From a virus, in IMG/VR virus record IMGVR_UViG_3300040801_005514, positions 1-42,406 of that record: 42,406 nucleotides of DNA, one strand, 5' to 3'. The position numbers and the translations under genes were made by a program. The notes below the pieces were generated by a model, which saw only the letters and a program-made list of their open reading frames with translations, ran no database searches and had not been told where the DNA came from. Of the stretch, positions 33,352 through 42,309 are shown one piece after another (positions within the stretch are counted from its first letter, which is position 1; each line of letters opens with the position of its first letter).

Positions 33352-33846
33352 ATGTCTAATAATTTTAATGATTTTTTCGAGGATGCAGATAATACAAATG
33401 ATAAAGTGAAAACAGGCGATATATCTGCCATCACTAGATGGCCAGAAACTGAAGGAACCTGTTTGCTTAAGGCAATTAAATTAGAAAGTCCAGCGGGCAA
33501 TAATCTACTTCGTTTTATATTATTACATCCTAATTTTGGAATGGGTTCATTTTGCGTATTTTTACCTAAAAAATCACATAAAGATTATGCGAAAATAAAA
33601 AGAATGGAGCAGATTTATGCTACGCTATTCTCTGCGTACAATTTAGATGCTGAGAAATATAATGTTTCTGATGCTTATAAGCATTCCTTAAAACAACCAG
33701 CTATTGAAGTTGAATACAGGCTTGAAAATATAGAACGTGAAAACTCTCGAAATGGAGAGGTATATACGCAACAAGATCTTATTATTCTCAGGCCAATTAA
33801 ACAAACTCAAAGTAGCTCTTCTTTTGAAGACGATGTTCCTTTCTAG
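33352..33846 (+). CDS. ssb: Single-stranded DNA-binding protein
   Basis: The C-terminal acidic tip SSSSFEDDVPF matches the canonical SSB D-D-D-I-P-F tail. SD AGGAGG. It sits in the replication module. Confidence 0.55.
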   Translation: MSNNFNDFFEDADNTNDKVKTGDISAITRWPETEGTCLLKAIKLESPAGNNLLRFILLHPNFGMGSFCVFLPKKSHKDYAKIKRMEQIYATLFSAYNLDAEKYNVSDAYKHSLKQPAIEVEYRLENIERENSRNGEVYTQQDLIILRPIKQTQSSSSFEDDVPF

Positions 33847-33859
33847 AAAGTTTTACAAA

Positions 33860-34138
33860 ATGGATAAGTACCAAACAATGGCTGATAAACTTGAGCATCT
33901 GCTCATACACTCAGGAATAAGCGTTCCCTGTGAGCACTGCTCAACATGCTCTTTTCCTAACTTTATTTTCGATGATAATGATGGCTTATATATAGAAGAA
34001 GACTGTTATTGTAAAGGAAAAAATAAAAGAAAAATAGAAGTTTACGAAATAGCAGAAAAGCTAAGATATAGTAAAGTTTTTTATGATTATGTAAATAATC
34101 TTTTAGGAAATAAGTTTTTATATTTTAAGGTGTCATAA
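33860..34138 (+). CDS. Small Cys-rich (zinc-binding-like) protein, 92 aa
   Basis: CEHCSTC...CYCKG. I prefer the ATG at 33860. The GTG at 33737 used by the track overlaps ssb by 110 nt. Confidence 0.4.
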   Translation: MDKYQTMADKLEHLLIHSGISVPCEHCSTCSFPNFIFDDNDGLYIEEDCYCKGKNKRKIEVYEIAEKLRYSKVFYDYVNNLLGNKFLYFKVS

Positions 34139-35211
34139 TGATTATAAGTGCAAGTGGGGTATCCCTACTTAAATCCTGTGAAAGAAAATTTTTTCATAGG
34201 TATTTTAATAAAAAACTCCTTGGTCATTCAGGAGAAGATATTGATTCACCTATGAAAAAAGCAATGATCAGAGGAATAATTATCCATGATTGTCTTGATA
34301 AACAAAGCCAAGGAAATGATGTTTCTTTAGAGCAAATACAGATTATGTGCTTTAATAACGTACATATATCTATTAATAAAGCTACAAGAGAAAAAACGGT
34401 AGAGTTTATTCTCAATCCAGAAGAAACACCAGCTTTGATAAAAGGTGCTACAGAGATATATAAAAGTTACATTAAAAAGTTCACTAAAGATACTGGTTTT
34501 AAACCTATATGTAGAGAGCTAGGTTTCGAAACAGGTTCGATACGTGGTTTTTGTGACGAGATTATTTATAATAAAAAGACTGGAGAATGGGCAATAAAAG
34601 ATGATAAATGTGTCTCTATGTTTGGAAAAGAAGATTTAGTAAAACTCAATACAGATCCTCAGATACTCACATATACACTTCATCTTAAAGAAATAGCATA
34701 CTTAGTAGAGCAAAAAACAGGTATTAAACTTGATACAAATAAATACGTTGGCTTCTATTATACTCAGATACTTATCCCCACAAAAGTAAGAAAAAAGAAA
34801 CGAGGCCTAGAAAAAGAGCTTATTACAGAGAGAGAAGTTAAAGAAGAGTTTTTCAATAAAGTGATTGAGAAAAACAACAATTCAGAATGCTTTACAGAGT
34901 CCTTGGAAGAATTTTATGAACGTCTTATAAAAGAAGATGTTTATGATATACGTACTACTTTTGTGCCCTTTTCCAGGGAAAAAGCACTTAACTATTGGTA
35001 TGAACAGCTTAAGCCAGCTATCCAAAAAGCTAATGAACTAGAACATCTATTTTCCGAAAAAAATGAAGCGCAAGGAGTTAAAAACACAGGAAATTGTATT
35101 GATAAGTTTGGTAGCCCATGCCCATATTGGAGTCAATGCCATGGACAGACAAAGAGCGAGGAGCTTTTTGATATAGAGAAAAACATAACATTTTTTAAAG
35201 AAAAGGAATAA
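34138..35211 (+). CDS. PD-(D/E)XK exonuclease of the Cas4/RecB family with Fe-S cluster cysteines
   Basis: N-terminal Cys (LKSCERKFF), GFCDEIIY...WAIKDDK nuclease core, QILTY motif and C-terminal C-x7-C-x5-C (GNCIDKFGSPCPYWSQCHG). Confidence 0.6.
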   Translation: MIISASGVSLLKSCERKFFHRYFNKKLLGHSGEDIDSPMKKAMIRGIIIHDCLDKQSQGNDVSLEQIQIMCFNNVHISINKATREKTVEFILNPEETPALIKGATEIYKSYIKKFTKDTGFKPICRELGFETGSIRGFCDEIIYNKKTGEWAIKDDKCVSMFGKEDLVKLNTDPQILTYTLHLKEIAYLVEQKTGIKLDTNKYVGFYYTQILIPTKVRKKKRGLEKELITEREVKEEFFNKVIEKNNNSECFTESLEEFYERLIKEDVYDIRTTFVPFSREKALNYWYEQLKPAIQKANELEHLFSEKNEAQGVKNTGNCIDKFGSPCPYWSQCHGQTKSEELFDIEKNITFFKEKE

Positions 35212-35214
35212 AAA

Positions 35215-36306
35215 ATGATAAAATTAGCAGATAAAAATAACGAAATAACAGCATTGAAAAATGAAGATGTACTAGAGTATGTGCGAACAGGTGATGTGTC
35301 ATCCATGAGTCCCAAACAAAAAAACTCTATTATCGTTGCTATGTGTGAGCATCTAAACATATCACCCGCCCTCAAGCCTATTGACATCATTCCTCAAGGT
35401 GGAAAAGAGGTGCTGTACGTGAACTCAACTGGTACAAGTTTAATCGCACAGAGCAAGAATCTTACACGTTCTTTAGGAGAACTTGTTTTCCTTGGGGAAG
35501 GTACTATCGCAATGCTTAAAGCGAAAGTATCGTGCGGAGAGCGCTATGAAGAAGGTTATGGGGTTGTAACTATTAGTAAATTTCAAGGTGGTAAGTTTGT
35601 CAAACAGCAAGGAGAGGAGCTAGCTAACACGCTCATGAAGCTGCAAACAAAAGCAATGAGACGTGCTACTTTAGCTTTTGTGGGCGCTAGTGATTTGAAT
35701 TTAGATCATGATATTGAATCAAAAATAAAAGTCACTTCTGAGCAAGAGGAGGTTCCTTCTTTAGTATCTACAGTAACAGAAAAATCAAAAAAGATAAAAG
35801 AAGAAAATGTACAAGACGTAGAAATTCAAGAACCAGCTCTAGTTACAGATGTAGAGCCTAAAAATGTTATTGAGCCAAAAAGGTCCGAGGACAAAAAAGA
35901 AAAAGATGTCAAAGAAGAACCAAAAAAGACTAAAAAAAGAGCGGTGAGAAAAACAGAAAATAAAGAAGAAAAAATAGCTCGTGGAAAAGAAATGCTAAAA
36001 GAAAATGAGCAAAAATCAAAAAAGATAAAAGAAGAATATTCTTTTGATTTTGAAGAAGAAAAATCTGAAGAAGATGTTATAGAATATGATCTCTTTGATG
36101 CGAGAAATAAAGAACATATAAGTCTCTTCATTGATATTGTGAATATGATCACTGGAGGGCCTTCCTGGAAACAAGATGAAAAAACAACAACATTCGTCAA
36201 AAGCGAGTTATTACCACAATTAAATAAAAAAGAAATGTTTGTAGAAAAAGGAACCAAAGACGTAATTCAATCTTTTATTGATAGAGTAAGATCATTCTTT
36301 AATTAA
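35215..36306 (+). CDS. Single-strand annealing protein (RecT/Red-beta-like) with a Lys/Glu-rich low-complexity C-terminal half
   Basis: MSPKQKNSIIVAMCEHLNISPALKPIDIIPQGGKEVLYV and LMKLQTKAMRRATLAFVG resemble RecT/Bet blocks. It is paired with the upstream exonuclease. Confidence 0.5.
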   Translation: MIKLADKNNEITALKNEDVLEYVRTGDVSSMSPKQKNSIIVAMCEHLNISPALKPIDIIPQGGKEVLYVNSTGTSLIAQSKNLTRSLGELVFLGEGTIAMLKAKVSCGERYEEGYGVVTISKFQGGKFVKQQGEELANTLMKLQTKAMRRATLAFVGASDLNLDHDIESKIKVTSEQEEVPSLVSTVTEKSKKIKEENVQDVEIQEPALVTDVEPKNVIEPKRSEDKKEKDVKEEPKKTKKRAVRKTENKEEKIARGKEMLKENEQKSKKIKEEYSFDFEEEKSEEDVIEYDLFDARNKEHISLFIDIVNMITGGPSWKQDEKTTTFVKSELLPQLNKKEMFVEKGTKDVIQSFIDRVRSFFN

Positions 36307-36328
36307 TTCAAACCAATGGGAGGAAAAT

Positions 36329-38197
36329 GTGACCATAAATAAAGACTACATACTATGTTCTATTGATGTTTCAGTACATATTAGAGAAGACATTACTGCT
36401 TATATTTCCTCCTCTTTTCAATATAAAGGTGAAATAAAAAGCTGGGGATCTAAATGGAATCCAGAAAATAAAAAATGGTATATAGAAAAAGATAAATTTT
36501 TTGGATTATTATTTTTTATTCAAAAAAAATATGGAATAAAAGAAGAAAATCCGATTACACAAAAAACATTTGAATCCTTTCAATATATTGCTTATATAGA
36601 TCACCCTATTTTTTTTAAAAAAGTAGAAAATGAACACTGTGATCTTGTTATTGCAGCTATAGCTCCCTTCGCTTATAAAGATGACTTAAAAGAGCTAGGC
36701 TTTTTTTGGAGCCCATATCTCAAAGCCTGGACTATACCAGATACGGATGCACTTATAGATGCCGTTGGGGAAAGTAACTTATACCCCTTTTCTATAGATA
36801 AAAATGTGCTTAAAAAAGAAACAAAAGATAAACCTACTTCAACAAAAAAACCAGAAATTATCAAAAATATAAAACACTCATTACTTAAAAAAGAAGTAGT
36901 TCCTTATTCATATCAAAATGAAGGTTGTTTTTTTTTATTAAAGAAAAATCACGCAATAATAGCAGATGAAATGGGTATAGGTAAATCACTACAGGCACTC
37001 ATGGCAGCTTTACACTACATAAAAGAACGTGTTTGCATTATATGTCCTGCTTTTCTAAAATACAACTGGAAAAAAGAATGGTTAAAATTTACTAACGTTG
37101 ATGAAAAAGATATACTACTGTGCGTTACTAAAAAAGATGTTTCTAAATTTACTAGTCAAAAAATTGTTATTGCTAATTATGAAATGATAAGAAGTGGTGT
37201 TTTCGACGATATTTTTAATCAGTTTGGTACGATTATACTAGATGAAATGCACAAAGTATCACATCTTACAGCCCAAATAACAGAACATATACATCACCTT
37301 TTTGCAACACACAAACCAAAAAGAGTATACGGATTAACTGGCACACCAATTCAAAACAAAGTAGTTGAGCTATACTCGCTACTTAAACTTCTAGAATATA
37401 ATAAAAATCCAAATAAAATAATAAATAAATATCCAACTTTTCACTCTTTTTGTAACCATTTTTCTTATAAAAGAATAAAAAATTTTGGGAGAAAAAATAT
37501 AATTTCTTATGAAGGTGTAAAAAATGAAGATGAAATAAAAACTTTTCTTCAAAAGAAGATGATAAGAAGGCTAGCTAAGGATCACTTAGATCTTCCTTTA
37601 TTTAATTATATTAGTATTTCTTGCATACTTGGAAAAAATACATTGAAAATTATTGATAGTGAGCTTCAAGAAGCTTGGAAAGCAAATATGGAACAAACAT
37701 CCATGGATGGTGAAGAAAGTATCTCTAGTGTTAAAGCCCGCACTGCCATTGCGAAAGCTCCTTCTTCAATAGCTCTTGCTTTAGAACTTATAGAACAAGA
37801 GCAAGGCCCTGTAGTAATATTCTCTGATCATAGGGACTCTGTAGACTTCATATATGATGCCATACAAAAAAAGAGAAAATCGGTCGCTCGAATTTATGGA
37901 GGTACCCCGATTAAAGATCGTGATACAATTGTTACTGCTTTTCAAGATAAGAAGATAGATGCACTTGTGTGTACTATTGGCGCGGCTGGAGTAGGACTCA
38001 CACTGACTTCTTCAAACAGGCTTATCTTCAATGACCTCTCTTGGATTCCTGGTAATAATGCCCAAGCAGAAAAGCGGATTATTCGCATCGGACAAAAACA
38101 AAAATGTACTTTTTATACTATTGAAATTGAGGGAGTTGATGCTTTAATCTCAAAGAGCTTAAAAGAAAAAAAAGAAACGATAAAAAAAGTTTTATAG
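36329..38197 (+). CDS. SNF2-family helicase (GTG start) with a duplicated N-terminal small domain
   Basis: IIADEMGIGKSLQAL (I), ILDEMHKV (II), LTGTPIQNK (III), GLTLTSSNRLIFNDLSWIPGNNAQAEKRIIRIGQ (V-VI). SD GGGAGGA. Confidence 0.8.
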   Translation: MTINKDYILCSIDVSVHIREDITAYISSSFQYKGEIKSWGSKWNPENKKWYIEKDKFFGLLFFIQKKYGIKEENPITQKTFESFQYIAYIDHPIFFKKVENEHCDLVIAAIAPFAYKDDLKELGFFWSPYLKAWTIPDTDALIDAVGESNLYPFSIDKNVLKKETKDKPTSTKKPEIIKNIKHSLLKKEVVPYSYQNEGCFFLLKKNHAIIADEMGIGKSLQALMAALHYIKERVCIICPAFLKYNWKKEWLKFTNVDEKDILLCVTKKDVSKFTSQKIVIANYEMIRSGVFDDIFNQFGTIILDEMHKVSHLTAQITEHIHHLFATHKPKRVYGLTGTPIQNKVVELYSLLKLLEYNKNPNKIINKYPTFHSFCNHFSYKRIKNFGRKNIISYEGVKNEDEIKTFLQKKMIRRLAKDHLDLPLFNYISISCILGKNTLKIIDSELQEAWKANMEQTSMDGEESISSVKARTAIAKAPSSIALALELIEQEQGPVVIFSDHRDSVDFIYDAIQKKRKSVARIYGGTPIKDRDTIVTAFQDKKIDALVCTIGAAGVGLTLTSSNRLIFNDLSWIPGNNAQAEKRIIRIGQKQKCTFYTIEIEGVDALISKSLKEKKETIKKVL

Positions 38198-38206
38198 GAG
38201 ATACTT

Positions 38207-38734
38207 ATGGATGAAAATATTGTTGTTTTATTAGATCAAAATAAAGAATTTATCCTTGGATTGTTAAATGATAACCATGGAGATGAGGGTTTTTTAAGAT
38301 CAAAAGAAAGGCTACTATTGCAAGGGATAGTCGGTATTATAGACGAAATAAACGAAATGAATAGGGAAGAAGAGGAGCTTAAAACTCTCCAGGAGCTAGG
38401 AGATATACTATTCTATATAGTCGTTCTTATTGAAGGGCTAAGTAGATACAACACAGAATGTTTGAAAGTACTTTGGAAAACATATGAAAATAGAAATAAA
38501 TTATCAGATAATACTACAGATAGTATGCTTAGTTTGTCTAAAAAAATAGCATTTCAAAACCGCATTGATCTACTTGATTCTTTAGCAGAACTTGTTGGTA
38601 TCTATCTAGTACAACTCCATGAAAATATTGGATTTGAAGGAATCTCCTTGGCTATAGCCCTTATGAGATACAAGCTTAAGAAACGATACCCTAATGGGTA
38701 TAATATACAAGATAGTATAGAAAGAAAGTCATAA
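38207..38734 (+). CDS. mazG: MazG-like nucleoside triphosphate pyrophosphohydrolase
   Basis: The EINEMNREEEE...LQELGDILFYIVVLIEGL pattern (E-x2-E...E-x2-D) is typical of MazG. Confidence 0.55.
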   Translation: MDENIVVLLDQNKEFILGLLNDNHGDEGFLRSKERLLLQGIVGIIDEINEMNREEEELKTLQELGDILFYIVVLIEGLSRYNTECLKVLWKTYENRNKLSDNTTDSMLSLSKKIAFQNRIDLLDSLAELVGIYLVQLHENIGFEGISLAIALMRYKLKKRYPNGYNIQDSIERKS

Positions 38735-38736
38735 TT

Positions 38737-38976
38737 ATGAATACTAATGCTCAATATGTAGCGCGAAACAACCTAGAATATCTTATGAAAATATACACGA
38801 GAAGAGAGCTCTGTATCTTACTTGATATAAGCAGACCTACTCTGAGCTCATGGCTGAAAGGCAACGGCATGTCCATTGAGAATAGAGATAAGGTGTGGAA
38901 TGCTTTTCTTGCAGTGGTAGATAGGGAAAAAAAGAGCTATGAAACAAGAAGAGATATAAAAGCTATGATAGAATAA
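38737..38976 (+). CDS. Small HTH DNA-binding protein
   Basis: RRELCILLDISRPTLSSWLKGNG helix-turn-helix. It is the last plus-strand gene. Confidence 0.5.
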   Translation: MNTNAQYVARNNLEYLMKIYTRRELCILLDISRPTLSSWLKGNGMSIENRDKVWNAFLAVVDREKKSYETRRDIKAMIE

Positions 38977-39145
38977 GTCTTGCCCAACACATAAAACAAT
39001 TAATATTTTTGTCTTTGTTTGTTGTTTTTGCTTTCTCCGTTGGGCAATTTATGCTATACTTTATACACCGCTATACTAGTGAAAAGCTTATGTTTTTTAG
39101 ATTGAGACTATTCTATACATACTACTAACTTTATAGCGGTTATTT

Positions 39146-41020
39146 TTATGGAGAAATTAAGTCTTTAAAATCAGATACTTGGATATCTGGAACGGTAAAT
39201 GAAATGCTATCACTACCACCCCCAAACGTATTAATAAGTTTTCTTCTTTTAGAAAAAGCAGCCCTGTATTGCTGACTTGTATTAGTATACGATGATGATC
39301 TTGGAAGAGTCGCTTCCCAATAACCATTTTCATCAGTAAGTACCTCGCAATCCTCAAAAATAGAAATATTATTACTAAGTAAAAGCTCTGTGTCTTCTCG
39401 CTGTAGAGACAGTGTTACTTTCACTCCTTCAGAAGGAGTATTACACGTGTCACGTATATATCCATAAACCAGACAGAGATTAGGATTGTCCGGAAGACCT
39501 GCGAAGTCATACGTTAATGTAAGATAAGTAGCTATCAAATCATCATTGTACTCTGTAACTTCAATCCTACCAAACAGCTTTACAGTAGCGGCCTGTGTAA
39601 GGAGTGATGCGGCGTTACTGTTAATTTCTTCCAAGGTACTTAGCTGTGGAAAGCTACCATCACTCACAATCCATGAAGAACCGTCCCAGTACTGCTTAAC
39701 ATTATCAATAATAATTGCATATTTTATTTCTGCTGCACCAGTTCTAGTAAGCTCTTCTTGTAAATTGATAATTTCTTGAGCATTTACAAATTCCACTGTC
39801 TCAAAGGAACCACTTCTTATTTTTGTTTTTTGGCTATAGGGTATACTTAGATTGGTTATTGCTGTCTGATTCAAACCTTCTGGCAAGATGATACTTATAG
39901 TGACTTCCTGCTCATCCTCCACAATAAAAGTAGGAAGTCCTTCATTTATACCACCGAGAGTAGATGCTTGGCTATACGTGCCGTTGCTCATGAGCCAAGC
40001 AGATCCGTTATAATATAGTCCATCTACTAAATACTTAGGACTCTCAGAAACTACTGTTTGAAAAGCCGTCAGCTCCTTTATTGCACTTAAAACATCAGGC
40101 ACACTAAACGTTTTATCGCTTTTACTTTCTTCATATCTAATGGCTCCGAAAGCGCTGGTAGGCGTGTAATCAACATCCGTATTCCTTAGCGCTTCACTCC
40201 AAAAAGCAACGTCTGTACAAGTGAAGTCGCCTGCCGTGTTCAAACTACCGCGATTAAATAATTGAAGAACATCTAGCCTATCATCAATAGTTGGTAATGT
40301 GTGGTTAAACGCTCCTGAATATATATTCACCCCGTCAACAAAGATCAATAAAACAGATGTGTTAACGCTATCATCAAAACGATGTTCCCAGTTAATCTCA
40401 ATCTCATATTCAACTCCAAGGCTCATAAAGAAATTAATGTTAGGATTAAAGAACAACGTATTATTTATTCGTATAGCACTTTTGAATGCGCTTACGCTAC
40501 TGTCGTAGAAAAAACTAAAAAAAGTAGACGTATCGTCACTTGAGCCAATTGTGAATAGTTGTTGTATAGTGTCTGGAAGTGTGCCGTTGCGCGTCAATCG
40601 CGCTCTAAAAGTAAAAGCTTGGCTTGGACCTAAAGCAAGTTCCTGGCCTGCAGCGGGAAGTACTGTTATACCGTCATTAATAGTGTTGGCTGTCCACGCC
40701 CCACCCACAATAGCTCCACCGTCAAGCGTTACACTATCAACACTTGTATCTTGATGCCGAGGAGTGGTACTTCCGTCTACCCCAAAATCAAAGTGAATCA
40801 TTAAGTTGTCTGTTGGAATATCTTTTTGTTTTAGTTGTTCATCTTCAAAGATAATTTTATTATTATCATACAACCATCCGGTATCAGATGAAAAGTCGTC
40901 ACTAAAAGGTGCTGCGATGCTTTCATTAATAACTAATTGTATAGTATTACCTGATATTTCTGTATTACTTAATATAAAATTAGAAATATTATCAAACGTG
41001 AATACTTTTTGCTCACTCAT
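39146..41020 (-). CDS. LamG/concanavalin-like domain tail fibre or receptor-binding protein
   Basis: The N-terminal third (DGSTTPRHQD...GGAWTANTINDGITV...FTFRARLTRNG...FFSFFYD) looks like a LamG jelly-roll. I prefer the ATG at 41020 (SD GGAGGAG). The track start at 41089 runs through the terminator hairpin. Confidence 0.5.
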   Translation of the reverse strand: MSEQKVFTFDNISNFILSNTEISGNTIQLVINESIAAPFSDDFSSDTGWLYDNNKIIFEDEQLKQKDIPTDNLMIHFDFGVDGSTTPRHQDTSVDSVTLDGGAIVGGAWTANTINDGITVLPAAGQELALGPSQAFTFRARLTRNGTLPDTIQQLFTIGSSDDTSTFFSFFYDSSVSAFKSAIRINNTLFFNPNINFFMSLGVEYEIEINWEHRFDDSVNTSVLLIFVDGVNIYSGAFNHTLPTIDDRLDVLQLFNRGSLNTAGDFTCTDVAFWSEALRNTDVDYTPTSAFGAIRYEESKSDKTFSVPDVLSAIKELTAFQTVVSESPKYLVDGLYYNGSAWLMSNGTYSQASTLGGINEGLPTFIVEDEQEVTISIILPEGLNQTAITNLSIPYSQKTKIRSGSFETVEFVNAQEIINLQEELTRTGAAEIKYAIIIDNVKQYWDGSSWIVSDGSFPQLSTLEEINSNAASLLTQAATVKLFGRIEVTEYNDDLIATYLTLTYDFAGLPDNPNLCLVYGYIRDTCNTPSEGVKVTLSLQREDTELLLSNNISIFEDCEVLTDENGYWEATLPRSSSYTNTSQQYRAAFSKRRKLINTFGGGSDSISFTVPDIQVSDFKDLISP

Positions 41021-41034
41021 AAAATATCTCCTCC

Positions 41035-41077
41035 ATAAAAAATAACCACTGCTAAAACTATTATAGCAGTGGTTATT
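41035..41077 (-). terminator. Rho-independent terminator after the endolysin gene
   Basis: Perfect 13-bp stem aataaccactgct / agcagtggttatt (41041-41053 / 41065-41077) with an 11-nt loop. The minus strand continues TTTTAT directly into GGAGGAG. Confidence 0.65.
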
Positions 41078-41107
41078 ATCTTTGAACAATTATTAATTAT
41101 ATATTTG

Positions 41108-42268
41108 CTAAAAATTCTTATTTATCCAAGAATTTAAATCGTCTGCAGTTCTCCAAATATGGCCCGGGCAACTGGTTGCCTTCACTTCATAATGACCAAG
41201 GATATTCTCTCTGGGTATATTATATTTTCTCATCCAATATTTAATCAGCTGTATTGTTGTATCCTCTTGCCAAGCAGTCATACCTTTCAAGCCTCCTCCA
41301 GCAACAATCTCAATACCCAAAGACTTGTGATTATACATACTAACACCTGCGTGCCATGCTGCATACTTCTCCCAAACAGGAATGCAGATTTCTCCAGCTT
41401 TACCAGAGAAAGGAACTGAGTCTTGAGGATTCCTTGGAATGATTGCATGTGCTGATACTTTAGAATTCTTATTGATAAACCAATAAACAGGAGAAGAGAA
41501 AGTTGAGGTGTCTGTGTTATGTAATACAATATGTGTTATTTTAGCTCTACGAGTTGACTTGTGGGGTGATAATCTTTTAAACCAGGGTGGATGAATAGGC
41601 TCAGTCATAATAGGATTCTCCTTTTCTTCATACTTTAAGCCAAGAAAAGATGCTGCTTCAGCAAACAACTTTGATACCTTCTCAACATATCTCGGATCTG
41701 CTGCAAAACCTGATGAATGAAGGAAAATGATAAAATCCTTAGCTCCTTTCCTCTCTTGCCAGCCTCTATAGATAGGCCTATTTATGAATTTAATATAGGC
41801 TGCATAAAATGAAGTAGGAAGACTACAACCAAGATAATTAGTTGTTATATTATCACTAGAAGATGTATATTCTACTGGATAGAAACGAGCATCATCATCG
41901 AATATGTTACGCCACATAAGCCCCGCAAAGTTGTTGTGCTCTTTAGCTAGCTCTGAATGCCCTCTTCCAGTCTCAACCATGGATTGAGCTACCATTGCTA
42001 TCTTCTGTCCATCGCTCAATGCACTACTTTTCTTAATTAAATACCAGTACTTTTGTATATTTTTATGGTACTTTTCGTTAAAAATAATATCTTTTTCCTT
42101 GGATGGTTTTTCTTGTTCTTCTTTTTCCTCAGGAACTTCAATTTCTTCAGGTATTTTAGGTTCTTCTGGTTTAACGCCTTCTATCGCTTTAATAATAGCT
42201 TTGATAGAATCTATTATGATAGGCAAGTAGCGAATTATAGCTCCAATATCTTTAATAAATCGAAACAT
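41108..42268 (-). CDS. Bifunctional endolysin: N-acetylglucosaminidase (GH73-like) plus N-acetylmuramoyl-L-alanine amidase (Amidase_2/PGRP)
   Basis: GH73: MVETGRGHSELAKEHNNFAGLMW and FAADPRYVEKV. Amidase_2: ITHIVLHNTDT, VSAHAII, AWHAG, SLGIEIV, ILGHYEVKATSCPG. The N-terminus is amphipathic (IIRYLPIIIDSIKAIIKAI) followed by a Pro/Glu-rich linker. Confidence 0.8.
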   Translation of the reverse strand: MFRFIKDIGAIIRYLPIIIDSIKAIIKAIEGVKPEEPKIPEEIEVPEEKEEQEKPSKEKDIIFNEKYHKNIQKYWYLIKKSSALSDGQKIAMVAQSMVETGRGHSELAKEHNNFAGLMWRNIFDDDARFYPVEYTSSSDNITTNYLGCSLPTSFYAAYIKFINRPIYRGWQERKGAKDFIIFLHSSGFAADPRYVEKVSKLFAEAASFLGLKYEEKENPIMTEPIHPPWFKRLSPHKSTRRAKITHIVLHNTDTSTFSSPVYWFINKNSKVSAHAIIPRNPQDSVPFSGKAGEICIPVWEKYAAWHAGVSMYNHKSLGIEIVAGGGLKGMTAWQEDTTIQLIKYWMRKYNIPRENILGHYEVKATSCPGHIWRTADDLNSWINKNF

Positions 42269-42282
42269 TTGTATCTCCTACT

Positions 42283-42309
42283 AAAAAATCCCATGGTCGA
42301 ATCCATGGG
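42283..42309 (-). terminator. Rho-independent terminator after gene 45..371 (the hairpin is also present as 1-20)
   Basis: The minus strand reads CCCATGG-ATTCGA-CCATGGG then ATTTTTTAG, followed directly by TAGGAGATACAA-ATG of the endolysin. Confidence 0.6.

Noticed and set aside
35826-36257. Antisense and nested ORFs in the track (for example 35826..36257, 10779..11087, 11211..11558, 16958..17407, 19105..19477, 1351..1701)
   Set aside because: They lie entirely inside longer ORFs that carry recognisable phage motifs. They lack SDs and have low-complexity or hydrophobic junk-like composition typical of the antisense frames of AT-rich genes.
41021-41089. N-terminal extensions of several track ORFs (41089, 26002, 33737, 22291, 31212, 14947, 24440)
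   Set aside because: The extensions begin at TTG or GTG or lack an SD. Some run through a terminator hairpin (41041-41077) or overlap the upstream gene heavily (33737). Internal ATGs with strong SDs were preferred.
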